The notes: generated by a model not told the origin, from the letters alone. 58,733 nucleotides of DNA, filler included, from Dugesia japonica (GCA_001938525.1; 5 parts of 5 records of this genome joined end to end with filler, not necessarily neighbours in it); one strand, 5' to 3'; positions 12,671 through 25,756 are shown, counted from the whole stretch's first letter. A program made the numbers and translations.

Positions 12671-13006
12671 TCACTCGTCCAGCTCGATCACCTCGCTAGC
12701 TTTCTCCTTAGANNNNNNNNNNNNNNNNNNNNNNNNNNNNNNNNNNNNNNNNNNNGTTGCGATCAGCATGGTTTCTCTGTCGGCGTAGGATTTTATTATG
12801 TCGGCCATCGCTCGACATGTCTGAGCCAGTGCTATTTCTCGCTCTTTTAGTATGCCCACCTTTTCTCGGAGTTGAGTATTCTTGTGTTTTAAATTGATGA
12901 TCTCACCCCTTAGCTTTTTCTGCAGAGAAATCCACTTGGCTTGGATGTCGATCTTTGATCCCTCCGTGAGCTTTTTCACTTCAGTCACATTAAATACGAA
13001 ATACCT
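12671..13006 (-). CDS. Orphan coiled-coil ORF, no ATG, follows acceptor-like site
   Basis: Open frame KWISLQKKLRGEIINLK..; GC above background; AATAAA downstream near 12610. Confidence 0.5.
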   Translation of the reverse strand, partial: RYFVFNVTEVKKLTEGSKIDIQAKWISLQKKLRGEIINLKHKNTQLREKVGILKEREIALAQTCRAMADIIKSYADRETMLIAXXXXXXXXXXXXXXXSKEKASEVIELDE

Positions 13007-13362
13007 TGTAATTAGTTTATTAGAACTTTAATAGTAAATAAAAACATTCATGGTATCATTCCACCAAATATTTATATATCGAAATCATAGAATTTAATAT
13101 GAAATTTATCTTTAATCGAAAATTCAAGATGAAAAAATCTTTAACGAAAACTATATTACGGACAACACACTAATCATTGGATGGTTACACTAATGTCATC
13201 TGCGTTGTCTAAAGGTATGAGTACTTGCTGAAGTACAGTCTCGACCTTACAGGCTAATCTTTCTGAAAGTTTGTTATATTCTTCCCCCTCGCGTTGTGTC
13301 GTTTTCATGCACTGAATGACCGTTTGCTCGGATTAATCATGATATTAATTCTTTCGATATTG

Positions 13363-13578
13363 TCATCTAGTAATCTCCGTCACTTGCAATTGATGCTGGC
13401 TTTCCTGCTGCTCGACGCGTATCTGTAGGACATTAATCCGCTTTATTTGTTCGGCAAATTGATGCCGTTGTCGCATTATCTTCTCTGTCATCTCCGTGAT
13501 TTTGTCCTCCTTGATTCGCAGCTGTTCCTGAACGATCCACCAGGGTTCGACGTCGGTTCCCTTAGTAAACACCGAATC
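13363..13578 (-). CDS. Orphan coiled-coil ORF starting at acceptor ttgtag|GAT (probably frameshifted, continuing to about 13175)
   Basis: PWWIVQEQLRIKEDKITEMTEK heptad-like pattern; no ATG at the start. Confidence 0.5.
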   Translation of the reverse strand, partial: DSVFTKGTDVEPWWIVQEQLRIKEDKITEMTEKIMRQRHQFAEQIKRINVLQIRVEQQESQHQLQVTEITR

Positions 13579-13868
13579 CTACAACAGTGTCTGTTTTCTA
13601 TGACGATTTTGCTATTAAAATAAATCATAATGAAAAATGATTTAAAAATAAAATAGTATCTTAAGCAAAATTCTCTGTTTTAAAATCAAAACTATGCATT
13701 TAAGGATAACATTTCATTAATAGGATCTTCTCAAAAAAAATAAATAAATCAATTTCCTTCACATTAAATCACAAATTCTCCTGACATATTTCGAAATAAA
13801 ACATAATTTTAAAACATATTGGATATATCACATATTGTTTACACTAATACCTTTTAATCCACATTCGA

Positions 13869-14342
13869 TTAAACCAATACTGTTCTGTTGACGTTTATTT
13901 GAATTTCCTTTTCAAATAATCCATAAATTAATACATATGCCGGTACAGACAAAGCTTTTGCAAACTTTATATCCAATCGTAAATTACCTGGTAGTGGTAA
14001 TTGACTTTGATTTATATTAAAATCGAGTGTTAATAGAAATGTAAAGAAGGTATATTTGGTTTTAAATTCTTCAAGTGTGATTCGACAATTCCCATGTTTT
14101 TAACTATAGATTGCATGTATGTCATACTATAATTTTCCTTTTCAAAATTTTTAGTATATATCTCTCGATAATCAGTGTTTTCGATAAGGAAATAGAAGTA
14201 GTATTGAAGTGTTTAAATGTTGAACTTGAACTTTTATAGACACCATTTAATTGTTCTTTAATGTGAAATGTGATTTGAATAAAGTTATGCAAAGAACGAT
14301 TACCAAATATTTGCTCCTTATTAAACGAAGAACTATCTTTAT
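13869..14342 (-). pseudogene. Polinton major capsid protein, C-terminal part (inverted)
   Basis: SSSFNKEQIFGNR, NGVYK..FKHFN, GNLRLDIKFAKAL..LIYG.FEKEIQINVNRTVLV*. Confidence 0.85.
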
Positions 14343-14750
14343 GGGCTGAAACAGGCCAGTTCATTAAAATAAATAACTAAAATAATTGATCGAAAAGAAG
14401 GAATAACCTTATCGAAATTAATGAGAAATTGGGAATTAAAGAGAAGCATTAATTAGAATAAAGAAAATGAATGAATCTGGGTAAGTAATTATCCGGTGAA
14501 AATATAATAAGAGATGAAATCAAGAAATAAAAGTGCTCAAAAAGACAATAAATCAAAAGAATGCTCAAAAGATAAATGAAGATTAGAAAGAAAAATGACA
14601 TATAATTAAGATGCATGTTTCCAAATGCAACATAAATGCAAATGCAACATGAATGCAAATTTAACAAAGAAATATGATTTTATTTATAGAAAATAATATG
14701 GACATTTTAAATAAAATAATCGTATAGATTTAACTTCTTAATATTTCTAG

Positions 14751-14975
14751 ATGGATGTAAGCTTTATCCGAAAATACTGCTCAAATTCAGTACATAAAAA
14801 CCATTGTCATACTATTATGGAGCAATATTATGGTCAATGGTATTATGGGAAAAGATACTACATCTGTCCCAACTGTGAAAAAATAAGTGTAGGAACATAT
14901 TTTAAATTTTATATAAAGCATGCGCAGCATTTAATAAAGTTTATTAGAAAAAAGAAAATATTATTTAGGGAATAA
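14751..14975 (+). CDS. Small Cys/His protein upstream of pPolB
   Basis: Intact ATG ORF after acceptor-like ttctag; CSNSVHKNHCH and CPNC. Confidence 0.4.
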   Translation: MDVSFIRKYCSNSVHKNHCHTIMEQYYGQWYYGKRYYICPNCEKISVGTYFKFYIKHAQHLIKFIRKKKILFRE

Positions 14976-14986
14976 GGGAAAATTAA

Positions 14987-17900
14987 ATGAATGGCTCTCC
15001 AGCAAAGAAAAGGAAGCAAGATGACGTTATCCTTTTGTTTGATGACGAAACTGTGGAGGAAGAAAATTGTCGGATTGTAGAAGAAGAAGAGAATTGTTAA
15101 ATTACAGAAGAGGATTGTCGGACTGTGGAGGAAAAAGCGGACACCCAGAATACAGAAGAAAATGATTGTAATATTATAGAGGAAGATTGTCGGAATGTGG
15201 TGGACGAAGATTGTCAGGTTGTAGAAGAAGAAGAAGATTGGAATAATTATGAAATTGTATATGAGTTAAATGGGGAAGTAATGAATGAAGAGGTTTTAGT
15301 CGGTGGCTCAATAGATTTAGATTCTACACCAGATGTAGAAATTGAGTCGAATTGGTATAGATGTCATCAGATTTTGAAGATGGATATCTCAAAATGGCAT
15401 ACAGCGTAAATTGTATTACCAAATAAATTGATAGATAGATTATTTGCCATAATTAACCAAAGGAAAAATGTGAAGATACAATTTGGTATAATGGTGGAAT
15501 TCGTAAAGGAAAAAGACATAAAAAATTGCAGATTATTGAATCGTTCAGTTCCACTAACAGATGATTTTTTCGAGGAAGGAGTAAGACAATTAAATGAGAA
15601 AAAGAGCATCCAGAGCGACCTGGGATCAAGTTGGATTCTCAGTCGCATATTAGAAATTAATTTCAAACTAACAAAAATATCAAATATATGTCGGCTGTCT
15701 GGAAGTGGATATATAGAAACACCTGCAAATTTAAATAAAAAACGGGCTGTTTTAAACGTTTTCAACAACAATGACAACAACTGTTTCTTTCACAGTAATC
15801 TTGCAATTCTCAAAAAGGATGAGGTGGATGGAAATCAATCATATGCAAATATGATAGATTCATGTCTGAATATAAAGTCGATGAAATTAAGTGATATTAG
15901 AAAGTTTGAAAAAAGAAATCAGGGTTTATCAATAAATGTGTAATCATGGAATTCGCAATGTATTGAAGACAGTGGAAATGATGTGGTGATGAAACATCCG
16001 AACCTTGATATCATACATCGATCAAAAGTTGATGGTGGAAAGAAGATTAATTTATTACTGCTTGTGGACAAAGAGAAATTTCATTATACCGCAGTATTAC
16101 ATTTAAATCGTTTAATGAACCGGAATATGAAATCAAATTGTGTAAGGAAACAGACATTATGATGTCCCAATTGTCTTAATGAATTTCGTTTGGAGGAGAC
16201 TTATGAAAAGCATATACCTATTTGCGATAGAATTCAAACGGGCACTACTATATACACCATGCTAGAGAATATAAAAGAGCTGCATGTAATTCATGTAATT
16301 TGACGAGAAAAGTAAATATGCAGCTACCGGTCATGTTCTTTAATTTCAAAGGGTATGATTTACACCACATACTCAAGTATGGATTAAATAAATTTACGAA
16401 ATAGAATATAATTTGTATTCTCACAATATCTGAAAATTTTTTATGCTTGATAGTCCATCAAAACAATTACCCTACTATAAAATTCATTGACAGTTTGTAA
16501 TTCATAAACTCGTCATTGGATAACGCTGTGAAGTGCTTAAAAGTAATACCTTTGACAACAAGATAGTTTCAAGATAGTAGGGTAACAATGTCAAAAGGGA
16601 TTTATCCGTATAATTATGCAACCAGTATGCAAGTTCTGGTTGAGACAGTTGAGATGCCACCAATATTGGAGGATGAGAAGGAGGAAGAATACAACAAGAC
16701 AAATTTTGTTAGATTATATGATGTATTTAAAGCTGGACGTGTTTCTGTTAGCGGACTTCTTTCAGAATTTTAGAAGAAAATCATTGTCGCATAATAGTCT
16801 GGAGCCCCTGAATGTTTTTGGAATACCAGGAATAAGTTGGGCATCATCATTGACGTCATTAGATGAGCCAATTGAATTGTTAAAGATAATGATATGTACA
16901 CCTTCTTTGAAGGTGGAATTAGAGGAGGGCTAACATTTGTTAACAAACATCATGTTGCCTCCAATGAGAACACAAACTTATTATATATCGACATTAATAA
17001 TCTGTATGGATGGGCATTAATCCAGAAGCTGCCCTATGCGGATTTTGAGTGGGTCCACAATGGATTAGATGAAGTTTTGGAAGAATGTAAGTCGGCGGAC
17101 CTTGATTCGTTGCCATATGGATATTCATTGGAGGTGGATATGATGATTCCATCGGAAATACATGATTATATAAGCGATCTTCCAGTAGCAGCGGAATACC
17201 AAAGCGCTCCATGAAGTAAAGTGAAAATACTAATGTTAACACATTATCCGAACAACTAAATCATTCACTGGAGGATGCTACAGATGTATATGAAGTTAGT
17301 TGTGGTGGTTACAAAGGTACACGGAGGAGTTCGGTTTATACAGGGACAAATTTTCAAAAAATACATCGATGTGAATACCAAACTGCGGTCAGAATCAGAA
17401 ACGGAATTAGATTAAAATTATTATAAACTGCTCAACAATAGCTTATATGGTAAAACGCTGGAAACCCTGAAGAAACGAATAAATTTTGGCTTGTGTAATT
17501 CAGCCAAGAAGTTAATGACATATACATCGAAAGCTGAATTTCAAAGATCAATCAAAATAGATAATGATCTGATAGCTATCCTTTTCAATAAGGAAATTGT
17601 ATGTTTAGATCAACCGAGCTACATTGGACAGATGGTACTTGACCTCTCAAAGTTAAGAATGTACCAACTACAGTACATCGAGTTAGAAAAGTTTCGTCGA
17701 GTAGAGAATTGTAAAATAAATATCGTAGCCGGCGATACGGATAGCTTTTTCCTTGAAGTTGTAGAAAAGCTAACCGGTTTCATGCTGAAGGATCAGTTGT
17801 TGGAAACCTCAAATTACAACACAAGTCATTTCCTTTACATTAACAGTCTCAATTCTGTTATTGGAAAATTTAAGGATGAAAGTAAAGGGGTTAAGTACAA

Positions 17901-18193
17901 AGAATGGATTTTCTTGAGACCGAAGTGTTATAGCCTTTTGAGTGATGATACAACAATGAAGGCAAAAGTCATAACAATAAAGAACAGTAATTTAAAACAT
18001 CAGTCATACCTTCACTGTTATGAAAATAATTTGCCAGTCTCAATAGATCAATTTAGAATTGGTTTGATAAACCACTAGCTATGTAGTTTAAAAAAACAAA
18101 AAAGTTGCACTGACTAATAACGACGATTAGCGAGTGTGGACTAACAAAAACATATCAGTACCATATGGACATTACACATTAGACAGCATATAA
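14987..18193 (+). pseudogene. Polinton protein-primed DNA polymerase B (stops, frameshifts, internal deletions)
   Basis: GGIRGG, YIDINNLYGWA, KLLNNSLYGK, GDTDSF, GKFKDE, LRPKCYS, C-terminal PYGHY. Confidence 0.95.
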
Positions 18194-18705
18194 AACAGAA
18201 TAGTATCTTCACTACAGATGGACAATGAAGAAATGATAGCTAGTATATTTTTTATATTAGCAATAATGTTATTTATAATTTTAACTTTAGATCTCAATTG
18301 TATATGAAGACAATCAATGTCCTCAATCAAATTTAAAAGTTTGAAATGATATTTTTATTTTATTTTATAATTTTTTTAGTATAGTAATACCGAACAAATG
18401 TAAAAAAAATCAAAAGAAAATTGCGAATATTTTAATAAAACCTATTTATTTATTTGTTTATTTATTATTTCAACCTATTTATGGGTTTCTTTTTTTTCCT
18501 AAATAAAAAAGTCAAATAAATAACAACTTTTAAAGTAAAATTTATTTAAAACAATTTTTATTTAATTTGAATTTCTGACTATTAAGACAAACAGGATCAA
18601 AAATAAATTATTAAAAACATATAACAAGTTTACCCACATAGTTATTCAACTTACAACCTTGAATTTTGCTTAATGCCTCCACCCTAGCAATTAAGTTTAA
18701 ATCAT

Positions 18706-19137
18706 CTAATATTTATTTTTTACTTGTTGGGGAATTCCAGAGACATTTAATTTTATCATTTTCTTCACTGATTGTAAATATCTTTCTTTATATGTCGAAA
18801 CTGCTTTTGTTTCTAGCACTATGCCCATCGAATTTGTAAATTTACCAAGAAGAAAGCTGCTGTTTTCTAATTTTTCCAAGTCGAATGACATTTATTTTTC
18901 CTCATCATTATATTTTGTACTCATAGCGAGAGATTCCAAAATTTGGACTTGAATTGTAGCCATAAGTCCATAGTGGATTTTCTTCTTCAATTTCCAGCGT
19001 TTCAAAATTAATTCGGTATTGGAGATTTTTGCAATCTGGTTAACCCAATTGTTTAATGGATATCTTTTATCGATTTCTTTTCTTGCCACCTTGCATGCTT
19101 TCAAATATTTCTTATAAATCAACGTAGAGATACCCAT
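18706..19137 (-). CDS. Two abutting small Polinton accessory ORFs of unknown function (19137-18892, 18891-18706)
   Basis: ATG ORFs, stop directly followed by the next ATG, convergent on pPolB. Confidence 0.4.
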
Positions 19138-19989
19138 TGTATTTGTCTATATTGTTGAAAGTTTTGATTTGTGTTTTGACGGGAAGGAATTATTTATCGT
19201 TCTTTTTTCCTTCAAATTTTTCTAAATAAAAATTAATTACATTAAAATAAAAAGAATTTTACCACTGCTTGCTTATTGCACGTATCCGCGACAGCGTGCT
19301 TCCATTGGAATTGATTTGGATTCATTTTTATTTTAATTCGTAAAAAAAATGAAATGAGAATTTGTTTATGATCATTCATATTATATTATCATTGGTTGGT
19401 CTTTAATTGATTACTTTGCTCTATGTGTGTTGGAGAAAAAAATAATAATAAACAAAGACCTGCAGTTGAAATGCAAGTTTAACAAAGACATTGATAGGTC
19501 ACGTGACCTTGAGAAAATTTTTTAGAGTTGTGATTCCGTGAGGCGGTCTTTGTTCTGACTCAGAAAAATTTTCAAAAAAAGTATGACTCATCAAAAAAAA
19601 TTTTAAAACAAAATTTTAAAAAGTGGAGTGTACTCCTTGGAATGTGAACTCCTCGAGGGGCCCTGGTTTGGTGCGCTCATATCTACCTACGTTGTATATA
19701 TAACTTAAAACTACTACATAAATATCTTAGAGGTCCGTATAAAAACTTATAAGTGAATATTGTTATGATTATATAAGGTTTATGGGTGTATTATTTGCAT
19801 AGTAACCCTGTAATATAGGGTTTATAAGTAATATAGGGTTTATGAGTGTCTAGGGTTTATGAATGTGAGACATTTGTATATATAACTTAAAATTACTGTA
19901 TTACATTATTAGTCTATAAGCGAGGAACATTTTTGAAAATAATTCATAACAATTAATATAAAAAACTACTTAAATAAAATAACAAAGCT

Positions 19990-20885
19990 ATATATCCAAA
20001 TAAAGTTTATTTTATATAACTAATTCTCTTTTAGAGACATTCTAGAATTAGCCAACATTATTAATGATAATATTAAATTCACTTTAGAGAAATCAATTGA
20101 CTTTTAGATTCCTTTTCTGGACACTAATCCAAAAGAAATCTGGTGAAATATTAACTGCCCAATTATATATGAAACCATTTCACAGTGGTCATATATTACC
20201 TTGGACTAGTAATACTACCATCAGCCAGAAAATTGCTGTAATTAAAAGTGAAAGAATTCAAGCTGAGAGACTATTTTCAAATGAAGAAATGAAATTGAAT
20301 TCTCTGAAGTTGATAAAAAATAAATTTTTAAATAATAGCTATCCAAAAAATATTATATCGAAATATTTATCTTTAAAGACAAAACAAAACAAAATCAAAC
20401 CAATAACAAACACAGTTATTAAATTACTTTTTATTAATGAGAAATGTAGCCTAATCATGCAAAATATAATAAAGAGTTCTAAACTAAAACACATTCCAAG
20501 AATTATATTCAAAAACGAAGCACCTTTGGGCATCCAATTACAGAAAACAATGCAAAACAATTGTGGTCTCAAATGCAATCGTGCTGGTAAAAATATGTGC
20601 AATAAAAAAAATGTCACTTATAAAATAACATGCACCATTTGTCAAGAAACATATATAGGTGAAACATCGAGAACCATCCGAACAAGAATTAAGGAACATC
20701 TGAAACAAAAAGAAAGTGAAGTATTCAAACACTTTCAACACAAACATAGAATTTCATCAGAACAACATTACATAACATAGAAAACACTTGGAACAGACTA
20801 CATTTCTACACTACATAGAAAAAAACTGGAAGAAATACTAATCAAAGAAGACAATCCTAAAATAAATATAATTTACAATAATTAA
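19990..20885 (+). mobile_element. 5'-truncated Penelope-like retroelement (RT C-terminus + GIY-YIG endonuclease)
   Basis: IKFTLE..IPFLD, YMKPFHSG, NVTYKITCTICQETYIGETSRTIRTRIKEH. Confidence 0.9.
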
Positions 20886-22721
20886 ATTAAATTAAATTTA
20901 AAATAAGAATTAAAAAACCCGATAGAAATTTAATAAAAATGAATTAATTCAAAAATTATTACTATTATAAACATAAATCTTGAATAAATTAAAAAAGTCA
21001 ATTCCTTTTTAAGGCAAAATCGAAATATCGAATCAATCTCTAAAAACAAAAAAATTTTGATCGAAACTTTTATCTAAAAAACGATAATTGGTTATGTCCA
21101 ACAATTATTCTCGCGATAATTGCAATTGTTAAACAATTATATATATATGTATAAAATTAACCAAAGAGAGTGTTTGAATTGACCAATCAAAATGATGAGT
21201 TCATGCTGACCTATCAACCGTATATTTGTTTTAATTATGCCTGGTTACCAGCAATTTCAAATTTTTTGTTTAAATTAACAAGTAAATTTAGCGGAAAATT
21301 CAATTTTTTTGTTTATTTTAAAGAAAGCAGTGATGATATGGTGTCCTGTCAACCGTATGACTTAGTTTTTGTTTTAATTAACAAATGAATTTTGCGGGAA
21401 ATTCAAATTTATAAATTTTTTTCAAACGAAATTATTTCTTTGAAAAATTTTTTTAGCATTAAATTTAAAAATTTTTTCATTTCTTCTTCTTTTTCTTTCC
21501 TCTATCTTTTATTTTTTTTTATCTTTTAATTTTTTTTATTTTTCAGGGTTTTATATATTTGTATACAATGTCATAGATAATTTTATACAAAAATCTTCCT
21601 GTTGGTTACAGTGTCGTGTTATCGGATTTCGGTTAAATGAGTCTAGTGTTGTGATTTTTTGTTAAATTTTGATGATCTTTGGTTTGAATAAAAAAGAGAG
21701 ACGGGGAACTGGTGATGGTATAAAGATTTGGTATATTGTAGGGGATAGTTTGTATGTGTGTAAAAGTGTATATTTTTAAATTGAAAATCACGACAGAATG
21801 TGTGTAGGATTATGATTTTTATGTTTTGATGATACATCTGATTTGATCATCGAAGTCGGTTTATAGTTTGCCATATGTAACTAGAGCTAAAATGATTGAT
21901 TTGCATACATGCATGTTTTGTGTTACAAAAACGATTTTCAAGTATATTTTTAATAGTTTTATGAGATTAAAAGTTATATGAAATGTGATTAAAAATTATT
22001 AACCATGTGATTTTGGATGATGTGTGTTGCATCTGTGTTGCTTCCCTATTATCTTTTTAAGAAAAGAATTCATTTCAATGGACCTTTTTAAAAAAAAATT
22101 CATTACAATGGAACTTTATATAAGTAATTCATTAAGCGTAGAACTTTTTTAAAAATAATTCGTAAGCGTGGAATATTTTTTTAAAAATAATATAAGTGTG
22201 AAAATACTTTATAAGACTATAAAAAACTTAAGTAGAAGGGATAACTTCAAGTTTAGTCGAGACCGTAGCTCTAAAGCTGTGCAAATGATAAAATATACTT
22301 ATTATGAGTGCAAACGATACCAGTACAAAAAAAATCAATACCAGTCGAGCAGAAATTAAGCAGTGATTACATAGGAAAAAAAAGAGGGTAATCATTACCA
22401 GTGGAACAAAGTTTGATACCAGTATAAAAGCCCAACGGTTTCCACTTAAGAATAAAAAAAACCAAGGCTTGTGTTTTCGGTCTGTGTTTTTGGCTTCGAT
22501 TTGTTTATTAAATTTCAGCTTGTAGGTTTGCGGTTTCATAATAAAATACATCAATGCACATTTAGGAAAAACATGTCGATGAAACTCGTAGTTATCCTCT
22601 ACTTGTAATTAGATTTTTTATTTGTTATTTTGCATTAATAAAAAAATAGAAACGCAAATGCAAATGTAAATGCAAATAGATTTTTTGATTATTTTATTTT
22701 GTTATTTTATTACTAAAGAAA

Positions 22722-22890
22722 ATGGTTGATGCTACAAAATTAAATTTTGATAATAATATTAATTTTCAACACTTTTTTCTAAAAAATGATGTTTTAAGAA
22801 TTTCACCTTCACCTGGTTCAATTAATAATTTAATGTCTTCTGGAGGTATTGTTTTTCAATCTTTACAATCAACAAATCCATTAGATATTT
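22722..22890 (+). pseudogene. Probable N-terminus of a second Polinton/adintovirus-type MCP, cut by a minisatellite
   Basis: DNNI..ISPSPGSINNLMSSGGIVFQ..PLDI resembles MCP N-termini; the frame then runs into repeats. Confidence 0.45.
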
Positions 22891-23560
22891 GTAAATATGT
22901 AAATAATATACGCATAATACATGGTTACTATGTAAATAACAGACTCATAAACCCTATATTACATGGTTACTATGTAAATAATACACACAAAAATCATATA
23001 ATCAACGGTTGATATGTAAATATTTCATAGTACCTAAACAAATAATACACGTGTAAACCTTATATTACACGGCTAATATGTAAATAATATACTCATAAAC
23101 TCTATATTGCATTTTTACTATGTACAAAGAACCAACATAAGCCTTAAATTACACGTTTGTTATGTAAATAATTCCCTCATAAATCTTATATTTCAAAAAA
23201 TCTTAAATTTAATGTTTGTTATGTAAATAATACAGGGCAACTATGCAAATAAAACATGTTTGCTATTTAAATAATACAAGGTAACTATGCAAATCATACA
23301 TTCATTAACCATATACAATCATAAAAATATTTTCTTATAAGTTTTTATAAAGAAATATTACTTATTAGTTATCTAAAATTGACATGAACAAGACGAGAGC
23401 ATGCATTGTGCATGATGACCTTATATTACATGGTTAATATGTAAATAATATACTCATAAAACTTATAATGCAGGGTAACTATGCAAATAATATACTCATA
23501 AAACCCGAAATAAAGGATTACTATGTAAATAATGTACTCATAAACACACATACACTGAAA
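22891..23560. repeat. Degenerate ~40-bp minisatellite (ATGTAAATAATA..CTCATAAAC); inverted relative at about 19750-19870
   Basis: Direct inspection. Confidence 0.8.
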
Positions 23561-23629
23561 ATCACGTGACTATGAATTTTAGACTGCCACATCCTTTAAA
23601 AAATACCAAGGATGCCCGAATTCTTGTAA

Positions 23630-23890
23630 TAATATAGAGACTATCTATACCATGTAAAATATAGAGTCTGTCCATACCATGTCAAATATCAAGACTGACC
23701 ATACTATGCTAAATATTAAGACTGGCCATACCATGCAAAAATACCATGCTAAATATAGGGACTATCCCATGAAAAATTTAGAGATTCATCCATGCAAAAA
23801 TATCAAGTCTGCCCCTATAATGCTAAATATAGAAACTCCTCATGCTAAATATCAAGAATGATCCATTTCATAAATAAATATAAAGTCTGC
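23630..23890. repeat. Degenerate ~24-29-bp tandem array (AAATATCAAGACT..CCATGC)
   Basis: Direct inspection. Confidence 0.75.
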
Positions 23891-23899
23891 TCCAAAAAA

Positions 23900-24720
23900 A
23901 TTTTAATTTCTCATGCAAAAATAAATTTTTGAATTTCCCGCAAAAAATATCAAGACTCCTCTCTTCCTGGTTCAAAAAATCTTAAAAAACAAACCTTCCC
24001 GGTTCAAAAATACATCAATTTTACAAAAATAAAGATTTCAAAAAATTATGACGTCATACACTACAGCCCGAAAAATTTTAAATAAATCTTATAAAATCCG
24101 ATAATTAATTGTCTTTCCATACATGCCACTCTACCTCTCCCGAAAAATTATTTTAACACACTTATACTACTTACAAAAATCAACCAATCAAATTCAAGCC
24201 TTTAAAATAAAAAATCAAAGCACAAAAAATCAACCACATACAAACCTACAGCCTCCCAAAAAATACTCCCGCGATAACTCATATGACTGATCTGATGCGC
24301 TACCACACATCTAGCAAAATCCATCCATCCAAACTCATAAGTCCTTTTAACAATATATAGACCAAAATTTTGGCCAACAACCACCAAATCTTAAAAACTA
24401 CAAAAAATTATTTCCAAGATCTCCAGCTACTCCTCGAGTCCAAAACCATTCTTTCACACACACACACAACAACACACAAACTCAACCTGACCTACTTTTT
24501 AAAAAATAACTTAACAACCCAAACACACACAAATTTTAAAATTTAAAAATACACACACACCACCAGGATTAAAAAAATATGATCCGATCAAAAGTTTTTT
24601 GATCCCAAAAATCTTAGAAAAAAAACTAACCAATAAATCATAGCACAATCTTTATGTGTTTTCGAGCCCCCCCACCCCGGGGGTTCTGTGCTCAATTGGC
24701 CTTATGCGCTACTATCTACT
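23900..24720. mobile_element. Polinton terminal region ending ...GCGCTACTATCTACT
   Basis: Reverse complement AGTAGATAGTAG fits Polinton 5'-AG/AGT-repeat termini; PLA2-integrase coding sequence starts abruptly at 24721. Confidence 0.75.
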
Positions 24721-25756
24721 TACTGTAATCCAAAATCTGGAGAAGAACCAATTAATAGAGTTGATGTAGCAGATTTAAAACATGATTTATCTTATAAATC
24801 AGAAGATTTAGGAGATAGACATTTGGCTGATGTAAGTTTAATTCATGATTTCAACAAAATTGAAAACTCAACTATTTCTAAAAAGATGCAAAGAGGTTTA
24901 GTAAAATTAGCAATGAAAGGTAAAATTATTTTAGGTGCTGGTGTACGCTCAAATAATGAAACATTATCAAATGAATTTCATAAAGATTATAGAAAACCTA
25001 AAAAATATTTAAAAGTAAAAATAAAAGAAAAAGATAATTCTTGGGGTTGTGATATTATTGATATGGTTGAAAAATCTATTGATTAAGAAACATTTAGATA
25101 TATTTTGGTTTGTATTGATTTATATTCCAGATTTGGTTTTTGTATTCCAATGATAAATAAAAATCAAGAATCATTAAGAGAAGAGAAAATATATTTGAAG
25201 AAAAAAATAGAATTCCAAATTATATTTGGTTTGACAGAGTCAGCAATAAGATCAAAATATTTTGATAAATTTCTTAAAGAAAATGATATTAATTTATACC
25301 ATACAGAAAATGAGGGTAAATTAGTTTTTGCTGAAAGATTTATTAGAACTTTAAAAACTAAAAGGCGGAAATATTTTACATTTGTTGAAAATCAAAAAAG
25401 GAATAAAATCTTGTTAGATAAAATTGTAGATGATTATAATAATACAATTCGTTCTAGTATAAAAATAACTCCAAAGGATGCTTGTAAAAATCCAGATAAA
25501 ATAAAAGAAATAATCGAAGATCATAATCATGACAATGATAATATAATATTTTAACAAAAATTTAAAATTGGAGATAGAGTTAGAATCTTTAAATATAAAT
25601 ACAAATTTGAAAAAGGATTTACAGCTAAATGGAAAAATGAAATATTTGTAGTAACAAAAGTGTATAATACAAAACCTTTTACTTATGGAATTACTGATTT
25701 AGAAAATGTAAAGATTTTGGGTAGATTTTAATGAACTTCAGAAAACTGTTTTATAA
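24721..25756 (+). pseudogene. PLA2-like domain fused to retroviral-type (rve) integrase
   Basis: PINRVD..KHDLSY..RHLAD (PLA2-like); WGCDI, CIDLYSRF, IWFDRES, AERFIRTLK, YNNT, KFKIGDRVRI. Confidence 0.9.

Larger units (their letters stand above)
10452..19688 (+). mobile_element. Decayed Polinton/Maverick 1 (minor capsid, core protein, MCP, pPolB, right end)
   Basis: Gene set listed below plus end-like ...GCGCTCATATCTACCT similar to the terminus at 24720. Confidence 0.85.

Noticed and set aside
22340-22610. Solo LTR (TATA-like and AATAAA signals)
   Set aside because: No TG...CA boundaries, TSD or second copy found
22891-23890. CRISPR-like array (also 54090-54275)
   Set aside because: Degenerate head-to-tail minisatellites without unique spacers, no cas genes, eukaryotic context
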